Source: Eledone cirrhosa
Lineage: Eukaryota
Length of the DNA stretch: 64,000 nt
Reading direction: 5' to 3'
NCBI GenBank assembly: GCA_964016885.1
Contig: OZ024742.1
Span: 163,494,001-163,558,000 of the forward strand
This document shows, piece after piece, positions 1-10,630 of the stretch. The first letter of the stretch is position 1. Every line of letters begins with the position of its first letter. The notes under the pieces were generated by a model. That model saw only the letters and a list, made by a program, of their open reading frames with translations. It did no database searches and had not been told where the DNA came from. A program made the translations under genes and the position numbers.

Positions 1-110
1 AATTATCTCCGCCTGATTTTTTTAAAAAAATTATCTCCCCTTGGACGGCTGGAAATTATCTCCCCTTGATTTTTTTTACAAATTATCTCCCCCTGATTTT
101 TTTACAAATT

Positions 111-300
111 ATCTTCCCTTGGCTGGCGGGAAATTATCTCCCCTTGGACGGCTGGAAATTATCTCCCCTTGGAAGGATGGAAATTATCTCCCCTTGGACG
201 GCTGGAAATTATCTCCCCTTGCACGGCTGGAAATTATCTCCCCTTGGACAGCTGGAAATTATCTGCCCTTGATTTTGTTTTTACAAATTATCTCCACCTG
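111..300 (+). repeat. Variant cassette II exemplar: CTTCCCTTGGCTGGCGGG ... GGAAGGATGG ... (GCACGG) ... GGACAGCTGG-AAATTATCTGCCC-TTGATTTTGTTTTTAC
   Basis: The same ordered variants recur at ~2584, 3658, 6183, 10855, 13706, 15002, 19715, 20789, 23314, 28280, 30206, 35699, 37772, 41451, 43467, 45540, 49219, 51232, 57155, 61057 and 63462 (recurrent MAGGKLSP...ILFLQIIS pseudo-ORF). Confidence 0.92.
131..155 (+). repeat. Exemplar type A monomer, 25 bp: AAATTATCTCCCCTTGGACGGCTGG
   Basis: Read directly. It occurs in runs of 1 to about 16 copies. It contains one CpG and a CCTTGG (StyI-type CCWWGG) site. Confidence 0.98.
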
Positions 301-410
301 ATTTTTTAAAAAATTATCTCCCCTTGGACGGCTGGAAATTATCTCCCCTTGGACGGCCAGAAATTATCTCTCTTTGGACGGCTGGAAATTATCTCCCTTT
401 GATTTTTTTT

Positions 411-552
411 ACAAATTTCCCCCTGATTTTTTAAAAAAAATTATCTCCCCTTCGCTGGCTGGAAATTATCTCCCCTTGGACACTGGAAATTATAGCCCCT
501 TGGAGGGCTGGAAATTATCTTCCCTTGGACGGCTGGAAATTATCTCCCCTTG
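411..552 (+). repeat. Variant cassette III exemplar: shortened B + TnAn + CCCCTTCGCTGGCTGG, GGACACTGG (24 bp), AAATTATAGCCCCTTGGAGGGCTGG, AAATTATCTTCCC
   Basis: Recurs at ~3990, 6565, 14040, 15335, 17580, 21120, 23700, 25910, 27320, 30590, 33170, 36110, 38230, 43875, 46000, 53445, 58660, 59430 and 63795. Confidence 0.9.
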
Positions 553-848
553 ATTTTTTTTACAAATAATCTCCCCCTGATTTTTTTTTACAAATTATCT
601 CCCCCTGATTTTTTTTTACAAATTATCTCCGCCTGATTTTTTTTTAAAATTATCTCTCCTTGGACGGCTGGAAATTATCTCCACTTGATTTTTTTTACAA
701 ATCATCTCCCCCTGATTTTTTTTTACAAATTATCTCCCCCTGATTTTTTTTTACAAATTATCCTCCCCTGATTTTTTTTTACAAATTATCTCCCCCTGAT
801 TTTTTTTACAAATTATCTCCCCATGATTTTTTTACAAATTATCTCCCC

Positions 849-1075
849 TTGGCTGGCTGGAAATTATCTCCCCTTGGAGGCTGGAATTTATCTCCCCTTG
901 GACGGCTAGAAATTACCTCTCCTTGGACGGCTGGAAAATATGTCTCCTTGGACGGCTGGATATTATCTACCCTTGGACGGCTGGAAATTATCTCCCCTTG
1001 GACGGCTGGAAATTATCTCCCCTTGGACGGCTAGATATTACCTCCCCTTGGACGGCTGGAAATTATCTCCCCTTG
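849..1075 (+). repeat. Variant cassette I exemplar: GGCTGGCTGG, GGAGGCTGGAATTT (24 bp), GGCTAGAAATTACCTC, GGAAAATATGTCTCC, ... GGCTAGATATTACCTCCCC
   Basis: The same ordered variants recur dozens of times (recurrent MAGWKLSPLGGWNLSP pseudo-ORF at 849, 1979, 3053, 4388, 4954, 5367, 8070, 9277 ... 57654). Confidence 0.92.
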
Positions 1076-1086
1076 ATTTTTTTTAC

Positions 1087-1113
1087 AAATTATCTCCCCC
1101 TGATTTTTTTTAC
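1087..1113 (+). repeat. Exemplar type B monomer, 27 bp: AAATTATCTCCCCCTGATTTTTTTTAC (T7-T10 gives 26-29 bp)
   Basis: Read directly. It occurs in runs of 1 to about 10 copies between type A runs. Confidence 0.98.
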
Positions 1114-1170
1114 AAATTATCTCCCCCTGATTTTTTTACAAATTATCTCCCCATGATTTTTCTACAAATT

Positions 1171-1282
1171 ATCTCCGCCTAATTTTTTTAAATATTATCT
1201 TCCCTTGGCTGGCGGGAAATTATCTCCCCTTGGACGGCTGAAAATTATCTCCCCTTGGACGGCTGGAAATTATCTCCCCTTG
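1171..1282 (+). repeat. Variant cassette IV exemplar: CCGCCT(A/G)ATTTTTTTAAATATTATCTTCCCTTGGCTGGCGGG + GGCTGAAAA + A, then B run
   Basis: Recurs at ~4715, 6850, 9010, 9605, 11140, 14760, 16060, 18305, 28900, 38720, 40105, 42500, 55310, 57440 and 59690. Confidence 0.88.
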
Positions 1283-1776
1283 ATTTTTTTACAAATTATC
1301 TCCCCCTGATTATTTTTTACAAATTATCTCCCCCTGATTTTTTTTTACAAATTATCTCCCTCTGATTTTTTTTACAAATTATCTCCCCCTGATTTTTTTA
1401 CAAATTATCTTCCCTTGGCTGGCGGGAAATTATCTCCCCTTGGACGGCTGGAAATTATCTCCCCTTGGAAGGATGGAAATTATCTCCCCTTGGACGGCTG
1501 GAAATTATCTCCCCTTGCACGGCTGGAAATTATCTCCCCTTGGACAGCTGGAAATTATCTGCCCTTGGACGGCTGGAAATTATCTCTCCTCGGACGGCTA
1601 GAAATTACCTCTCCTTGGACGGCTGAAAATTATCTCCCCTTGGACGGCTGGAAAATATGTCTCCTTGGACGGCTGGAAATTATCTCCCCTTGGACGGCTG
1701 GAAATTATCTCCCCTTGGACGCCTGGAAATTATCTCTCCTCGGACGGCTAGAAATTACCTCTCCTTGGACGGCTGA

Positions 1777-3936
1777 AAATTATCTCCCCTTGGACGGCTG
1801 GAAATTATCTCCCCTTGATTTTTTTTACAAATTATCTCCCCCTGATTTTTTTTTACAAATTATCTCCCCCTGATTTTTTTTTACAAATTATCTCCCCCTG
1901 ATTTTTTTTTACAAATTATCTCCCCCTGATATTTTTTACAAATTATCTCCCCCTGATTTTTTTACAAATTATCTCCCCTTGGCTGGCTGGAAATTATCTC
2001 CCCTTGGAGGCTGGAATTTATCTCCCCTTGGACGGCTAGAAATTACCTCGCCTTGGACGGCTGGAAAATATGTCTCCTTGGACGGCTGGAAATTATCTCC
2101 CCTTGGACGGCTGGAAATTATCTCCCCTTGGACGGCTAGATATTACCTCCCCTTGGACGGCTGGAAATTATCTCCCCTTGATTTTTTTTTACAAATTATC
2201 TCCCCCTGATTTTTTTTTACGAATTATCTCCCCCTGATTTTTTTTACAAATTATCTCCGCCTGATTTTTTTAAAAAAATTATCTCCCCTTGGACGGCTGG
2301 AAATTATCTCCCCTTGATTTTTTTTACAAATTATCTCCCCCTGATTTTTTTTACAAATTATCTCCCCCTGATTTTTTTTTACAAATTATCTCCCCCTGAT
2401 TTTTTTTTTACAAATTATCTCCGCCTGATTTTTTAAAAAAATTATCTCCCCCTGATTTTTTTTTACAAATTATCTCCCCCTGATTTTTTTTCTACAAATT
2501 ATCTCCCCCTGATTTTTTTACAAATTATCTCCCCCTGATTTTTTTTACAATATCCGCCCGATTTTTTTAAAAATTATCTTCCCTTGGCTGGCGGGAAATT
2601 ATCTCCCCTTGGACGGCTGGAAATTATCTCCCCTTGGAAGGATGGAAATTATCTCCCCTTGGACGGCTGGAAATTATCTCCCCTTGCACGGCTGGAAATT
2701 ATCTCCCCTTGGACAGCTGGAAATTATCTGCCCTTGATTTTGTTTTTACAAATTATCTCCACCTGATTTTTTAAAAAATTATCTCCCCTTGGACGGCTGG
2801 AAATTATCTCCCCTTGGACGGCTAGAAATTATCTCTCTTTGGACGGCTGGAAATTATCTCCCCTTGGACGGCTGGAAATTATCTCCCCTTGATTTTTTTT
2901 ACAAATTATCTCCCCCTGATTTTTTTTTACAAATTATCTCCCCCTGATTTTTTTTTACAAATTATCTCCCCCTGATTTTTTTTTACAAATTATCTCCCCC
3001 TGATATTTTTTACAAATTATCTCCCCCTGATTTTTTTACAAATTATCTCCCCTTGGCTGGCTGGAAATTATCTCCCCTTGGAGGCTGGAATTTATCTCCC
3101 CTTGGACGGCTAGAAATTACCTCGCCTTGGACGGCTGGAAAATATGTCTCCTTGGACGGCTGGAAATTATCTCCCCTTGGACGGCTGGAAATTATCTCCC
3201 CTTGGACGGCTAGATATTACCTCCCCTTGGACGGCTGGAAATTATCTCCCCTTGATTTTTTTTTACAAATTATCTCCCCCTGATTTTTTTTTACGAATTA
3301 TCTCCCCCTGATTTTTTTTACAAATTACCTCCGCCTGATTTTTTAAAAAAAATTATCTCCCCTTGGACGGCTGGAAATTATCTCCCCTTGATTTTTTTTA
3401 CAAATTATCTCCCCCTGATTTTTTTTACAAATTATCTCCACCTGATTTTTTTTTACAAATTATCTCCCCCTGATTTTTTTTTTACAAATTATCTCCGCCT
3501 GATTTTTTAAAAAAATTATCTCCCCCTGATTTTTTTTTACAAATTATCTCCCCCTGATTTTTTTTCTACAAATTATCTCCCCCTGATTTTTTTACAAATT
3601 ATCTCCCCCTGATTTTTTTTACAATATCCGCCCGATTTTTTTAAAAATTATCTTCCCTTGGCTGGCGGGAAATTATCTCCCCTTGGACGGCTGGAAATTA
3701 TCTCCCCTTGGAAGGATGGAAATTATCTCCCCTTGGACGGCTGGAAATTATCTCCCCTTGCACGGCTGGAAATTATCTCCCCTTGGACAGCTGGAAATTA
3801 TCTGCCCTTGATTTTGTTTTTACAAATTATCTCCACCTGATTTTTTAAAAAATTATCTCCCCTTGGACGGCTGGAAATTATCTCCCCTTGGACGGCTAGA
3901 AATTATCTCTCTTTGGACGGCTGGAAATTATCTCCC
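1777..3936 (+). repeat. Tandem duplication, period 1074 bp
   Basis: Pseudo-ORF offsets 1979->3053 and 2584->3658 both equal 1074. The rare variant ACAATATCCGCCCG is shared. Confidence 0.88.
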
Positions 3937-6900
3937 TTTGATTTTTTTTACAAATTTCCCCCTGATTTTTTAAAAAAAATTATCTCCCCTTCGCTGGCTG
4001 GAAATTATCTCCCCTTGGACACTGCAAATTATAGCCCCTTGGAGGGCTGGAAATTATCTTCCCTTGGACGGCTGGAAATTATCTCCCCTTGATTTTTTTT
4101 ACAAATAATCTCCCCCTGATTTTTTTTTACAAATTATCTCCCCCTGATTTTTTTTTACAAATTATCTCCGCCTGATTTTTTTTTAAAATTATCTCTCCTT
4201 GGACGGCTGGAAATTATCTCCACTTGATTTTTTTTACAAATCATCTCCCCCTGATTTTTTTTTACAAATTATCTCCCCCTGATTTTTTTATACAAATTAT
4301 CTTCCCCTGATTTTTTTTTACAAATTATCTCCCCCTGATTTTTTTTACAAATTATCTCCCCATGATTTTTTTACAAATTATCTCCCCTTGGCTGGCTGGA
4401 AATTATCTCCCCTTGGAGGCTGGAATTTATCTCCCCTTGGACGGCTAGAAATTACCTCTCCTTGGACGGCTGGAAAATATGTCTCCTTGGACGGCTGGAT
4501 ATTATCTACCCTTGGACGGCTGGAAATTATCTCCCCTTGGACGGCTGGAAATTATCTCCCCTTGGACGGCTAGATATTACCTCCCCTTGGACGGCTGGAA
4601 ATTATCTCCCCTTGATTTTTTTTACAAATTATCTCCCCCTGATTTTTTTTACAAATTATCTCCCCCTGATTTTTTTACAAATTATCTCCCCATGATTTTT
4701 CTACAAATTATCTCCGCCTAATTTTTTTAAATATTATCTTCCCTTGGCTGGCGGGAAATTATCTCCCCTTGGACGGCTGAAAATTATCTCCCCTTGGACG
4801 GCTGGAAATTATCTCCCCTTGATTTTTTTACAAATTATCTCCCCCTGATTATTTTTTACAAATTATCTCCCCCTGATTTTTTTTTACAAATTATCTCCCT
4901 CTGATTTTTTTTACAAATTATCTCCCCCTGATTTTTTTACAAATTATCGCCCCTTGGCTGGCTGGAAATTATCTCCCCTTGGAGGCTGGAATTTATCACC
5001 CCTTGGACGGTTAGAAATTACCTCTCCTTGGACGGCTGGAAAATATGTCTCCTTGGACGGCTGGAAATTATCTCCCCTTGGACGGCTGGAAATTATCTCC
5101 CCTTGGACGGCTGGAAATTATCTCTCCTCGGACGGCTAGAAATTACCTCTCCTTGGACGGCTGAAAATTATCTCCCCTTGGACGGCTGGAAATTATCTCC
5201 CCTTGATTTTTTTTACAAATTATCTCCCCCTGATTTTTTTTTACAAATTATCTTCCCCTGATTTTTTTTTACAAATTATCTCCCCCTGATTTTTTTTTAC
5301 AAATTATCTCCCCCTGATATTTTTTACAAATTATCTCCCCCTGATTTTTTTACAAATTATCTCCCCTTGGCTGGCTGGAAATTATCTCCCCTTGGAGGCT
5401 GGAATTTATCTCCCCTTGGACGGCTAGAAATTACCTCGCCTTGGACGGCTGGAAAATATGTCTTCTTGGACGGCTGGAAATTATCTCCCCTTGGACGGCT
5501 GGAAATTATCTCCCCTTGGACGGCTAGATATTACCTCCCCTTGGACGGCTGGAAATTATCTCCCCTTGATTTTTTTTTACAAATTATCTCCCCCTGATTT
5601 TTTTTTACAAATTATCTCCCCCTGATTTTTTTTTACGAATTATCTCCCCCTGATTTTTTTTACAAATTATCTCCGCCTGATTTTTTAAAAAAAATTATCT
5701 CCCCTTGGACGGCTGGAAATTATCTCCCCTTGATTTTTTTTACAAATTATCTCCCCCTGATTTTTTTTTACAAATTATCTCCCCCTGATTTTTTTTTACA
5801 AATTATCTACCCCTGATTTTTTTTTACAAATTATCTCCCCCTGATTTTTTTTACAAATTATCTCCCCCTGATTTTTTTTTTACAAATTATCTTCGCCTGA
5901 TTTTTTTAGAAAAATTATCTCCCCTTGGACGGCTGGAAATTATCTCCCCTTGGACGGCTGGAAATTATCTCCCCTTGGACGGCTAGAAATTACCTCTACT
6001 TGGACGGCTGAAAATTATCTCCCCTTGGACGGCTGCAAATTATCTCCCCTTGATTTTTTTTACAAATTATCTCCCCCTGATTTTTTTTTACAAATTATCT
6101 CCCCTTGATTTTTTTTCTACAAATTATCTCCCCCTGATTTTTTTTACAATCTCCGCCTGATTTTTTAAAAAATTATCTTCCCTTGGCTGGCGGGAAATTA
6201 TCTCCCCTTGGACGGCTGGAAATTATCTCCCCTTGGAAGGATGGAAATTATCTCCCCTTGGACGGCTGGAAATTATCTCCCCTTGCACGGCTGGAAATTA
6301 TCTCCCCTTGGACAGCTGGAAATTATCTGCCCTTGATTTTGTTTTTACAAATTATCTCCCCCTGATTTTTTTTTTACAAATTATCTCCACCTGATTTTTT
6401 AAAAAATTATCTCCCCTTGGACGGCTGGAAATTATCTCCCCTTGGCTGGAAATTATCTCTCCTTGGACGGCTGGAAATTATCTCCCTTTGATTTTTTTTA
6501 CAAATTATCTCCCTCTGAATTTTTACAAATTTCCCCCTGATTTAAAAAAAAAAATTATCTCCCCTTCGCTGGCTGGAAATTATCTCCCCTTGGACACTGG
6601 AAATTATAGCCCCTTGGAGGGCTGGAAATTATCTTCCCTTGGACGGCTGGAAATTATCTCCCCTTGATTTTTTTTACAAATTATCTCCCCCTGATTTTTT
6701 TTTACAAATTATCTACCCCTGATTTTTTTTTACAAATTATCTCCACCTGATTTTTTTTACAAATTATCTCCCCCTGATTTTTTTTACAAATTATCTCCCC
6801 CTGATTTTTTTACAAATTATCTCCCCCTGATTTTTTTTACAAATTATCTCCGCCTAATTTTTTTAAATATTATCTTCCCTTGGCTGGCGGGAAATTATCT

Positions 6901-9900
6901 CCCCTTGGACGGCTGAAAATTATCTCCCCTTGGACGGCTGGAAATTATCTCCCCTTGATTTTTTTACAAATTATCTCCCCCTGATTATTTTTTACAAATT
7001 ATCTCCCCCTGATTTTTTTTACAAATTATCTCCCCCTGATTTTTTTTACAAATTATCTCCCCCTGATTTTTTTTTTACAAGTTATCTCCGCCTGATTTTT
7101 TTTACAAATTATCTCCCCCTGATTTTTTTACAAATTATCTCCCCCTGATTTTTTTTACAAATTATCTCCGCCTAATTTTTTTAAATATTATCTTCCCTTG
7201 GCTGGCGGGAAATTATCTCCCCTTGGACGGCTAGAAATTACCTCTCCTTGGACGACTGAAAATTATCTCCCCTTGGACAGCTGCAAATTATCTCCCCTTG
7301 ATTTTTTTTACAAATTATCTCCGCCTGATTTTTTTTTAAAAATTATCTCCCCTTGGACGGCTGGAAATTATCTCCCCTTGGACGGCTGGAAATTGTCTCC
7401 CCTTGGACGGCTAGAAATTACCTCTCCTTGGACGGCTGAAAATTATCTCCCCTTGGACGGCTGGAAATTATCTCCCCTTGATTTTTTTACAAATTATCTC
7501 CGCCTGATATTTTTTTACAAATTATCTCCCCCTGATTTTTTTTTACAAATTATCTCCCCCTGATTTTTTTTTACAAATTATCGCCCCCTGATTTTTTTTT
7601 ACAAATTATCTTCCCCTGATTTTTTTTTTACAAATTATCTCCCCCTGATTTTTTTACAAATTATCTCCCCCTGATTTTTTTTACAATCTCCGCCTGATTT
7701 TTTTAAAAATTATCTTCCCTTGGCTGGCGGGAAATTATCTCCCCTTGGACGGCTGGAAATTATCTCCCCTTGGACGGCTGGAAATTATCTCCCCTTGGAC
7801 GGCTAGAAATTACCTCTCCTTGGACGGCTGAAAATTATCTCCCCTTGGACGGCTGCAAATTATCTCCCCTTGGACGGCTAGAAATTACCTCCCCTTGCAC
7901 GGCTGGAAATTATCTCCCCTTGGCTGGAAATTATCTCCCCTTGGACGGCTGAAAATTATCTCCCCTTGGACGGCTGGAAATTATCTCCCCCTGATTTTTT
8001 TTACAAATTATCTCCCCCTGATTTTTTTACAAATTATCTCCCCCTGATTTTTTTACAAATTATCTCCCCTTGGCTGGCTGGAAATTATCTCCCATTGGAG
8101 GCTGGAATTTATCTCCCCTTGGACGGCTAGAAATTACCTCTCCTTGGACGGCTGGAAAATATGTCTCCTTGGACGGCTGGATATTATCTGCCCTTGGACG
8201 GCTGGAAATTATCTCCCCTTGGACGGCTGGAAATTATCTCCCCTTGGACGGCTAGATATTACCTCCCCTTGGACGGCTGGAAATTATCTCCCCTTGATTT
8301 TTTTTACAAATTATCTCTCCCTGATTTTTTTTTACAAATTATCTCCCCCTGATTTTTTTTTACAAATTATCTCCCCCTGATTTTTTTTTACAAATTATCT
8401 CCCCCTGATTTTTTTTACAATCTCCGCCTGATTTTTTTAAAAATTATCTTTCCTTGGCTGGCGGGAAATTATCTCCCCTTGGACGGCTGGAAATTATATC
8501 GCCTTGGAAGGATGGAAATTATCTCCCCTTGGACGGCTGGAAATTATCTCCCCTTGGACGGCTGGAAATTATCTGCCCTTGATTTTGTTTTTACAAATTA
8601 TCTCCCCCTGATTTTTTTTACAAATTATCTCCACCTGATTTTTTTAAAAATCATCTCCCCTTGGACGGCTGGAAATTATCTCCCCTTGATTTTTTTTACA
8701 AATTATCTCCCCCTGATTTTTTTTTACAAATTATCTCCCCCTGATTTTTTTTTACAAATTATCTTCGCCTGATTTTTTAAAAAAATTATCTCTCCTTGGA
8801 CGGCTGGATATTATCTCCCCTTTCATTTTTTTTACAAATTATCTCCCCCTGATATTTTTTTACAAATTATCTCCCCCTGATTTTTTTTTACAAATTATCT
8901 ACCCCTGATTTTTTTTTACAAATTATCTCCCCTGATTTTTTTTACAAATTATCTCCCCCTGATTTTTTTACAAATTATCTCCCCCTGATTTTTTTTACAA
9001 ATTATCTCCGCCTGATTTTTTTAAATATTATCTTCCCTTGGCTGGCGGGAAATTATCTCCCCTTGGACGGCTGAAAATTATCTCCCCTTGGACGGCTGGA
9101 AATTATCTCCCCTTGATTTTTTTTACAAATTATCTCCCCCTGATTTTTTTTTACAAATTATCTCCCCCTGATTTTTTTTTACAAATTATCTCCCCCTGAT
9201 TTTTTTTTACAAATTATCTCCCCCTGATTTTTTTTACAAATTATCTCCCCATGATTTTTTTACAAATTATCTCCCCTTGGCTGGCTGGAAATTATCTCCC
9301 CTTGGAGGCTGGAATTTATCTCCCCTTAGACGGCTAGAAATTACCTCTCCTTGGACGGCTGGAAAATATGTCTCCTTGGACGGCTGGATATTATCTACCC
9401 TTGGACGGCTGGAAATTATCTCCCCTTGGACGGCTGGAAATTATCTCCCCTTGGACGGCTAGATATTACCTCCCCTTGGACGGCTGGAAATTATCTCCCC
9501 TTGATTTTTTTTACAAATTATCTCCCCCTGATTTTTTTTACAAATTATCTCCCCCTGATTTTTTTACAAATTATCTCTCCCTGATTTTTTTTACAAATTA
9601 TCTCCGCCTAATTTTTTTAAATATTATCTTCCCTTGGCTGGCGGGAAATTATCTCCCCTTGGACGGCTGAAAATTATCTCCCCTTGGACGGCTGGAAATT
9701 ATCTCCCCTTGATTTTTTTTACAAATTATCTCCCCCTGATTATTTTTTACAAATTATCTCTCCCTGATTTTTTTTTACAAATTATCTCCCCCTGATTTTT
9801 TTTACAAATTATCTCCCCCTGATCTTTTTACAAATTATCTCCCCTTGGCTGGCTGGAAATTATCTCCCCTTGGAGGCTGGAATTTATCTCCCCTTGGACG

Positions 9901-10459
9901 GCTAGAAATTACCTCTCCTTGGACGGCTGGAAAATATGTCTCCTTGGACGGCTGGAAATTATCTCCCCTTGGACGGCTGGAAATTATCTCCCCTTGGACG
10001 GCTGGAAATTATCTCCCCTTGATTTTTGTTACAAATTATCTCACCCTGATTTTTTTTTACAAATTATCTCCCCCTGATTTTTTTTTACAAATTATCTCCC
10101 CCTGATATTTTTTACAAATTATCTCCCCCTGATTTTTTTACAAATTATCTCCCCTTGGCTGGCTGGAAATTATCTCCCCTTGGAGGCTGGAATTTATCTC
10201 CCCTTGGACGGCTAGAAATTACCTCTCCTTGGACGGCTAGAAAATATGTCTCCTTGGACGGCTGGAAATTATCTCCCCTTGGACGGCTGGAAATTATCTC
10301 CTCTTGGACGGCTGGAAATTATCTCCCCTTGGGCGGCTAGATATTACCTCCCCTTGGACGGCTGGAAATTATCTCCCCTTGATTTTTTTTACAAATTATC
10401 TCCCCCTGATTTTTTTTACAAATTATCTCCCCCTGATTTTTTTTTACGAATTATCTCCG

Positions 10460-10630
10460 CCTGATTTTTTTTTAAAATGATCTCCCCTTGGACGGCTGGA
10501 AATTATCTCCCCTTGGACGGCTGGAAATTATCTCCCCTTGGACGGCTAGAAATTACCTCTCCTTGGACGGCTGAAAATTATCTCCCCTTGGACGGCTGCA
10601 AATTATCTCCCCTTGATTTTTTTAACAAAT
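10460..10630 (+). repeat. Variant cassette V exemplar: A, A, GGCTAGAAATTACCTCTCC, GGCTGAAAA, GGCTGCAAA, then TTGATTTTTTTAAC
   Basis: Recurs at ~12660, 35330, 37390, 41080, 41940, 43090, 45160, 48845, 49700, 50860, 51720, 54460, 56775 and 62420. Confidence 0.85.

Noticed and set aside
122-129. GCTGGCGG resembling the E. coli Chi site GCTGGTGG
   Set aside because: It has one mismatch, is simply a variant of the A linker, and there is no evidence of a RecBCD-type host context.
131-260. G-quadruplex or i-motif from the C4-5/G4-5 tracts; NF-kB-like GGGGA...TTTCC on the - strand
   Set aside because: Loops of about 21 nt are too long for a canonical G4. The kB-like half-sites span 15 bp rather than the 10-11 bp of a real site.
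560-840. Rho-independent terminators or Pol III terminators at the T-tracts
   Set aside because: No GC-rich stem precedes the tracts and there is no upstream gene. The tracts are part of monomer B.
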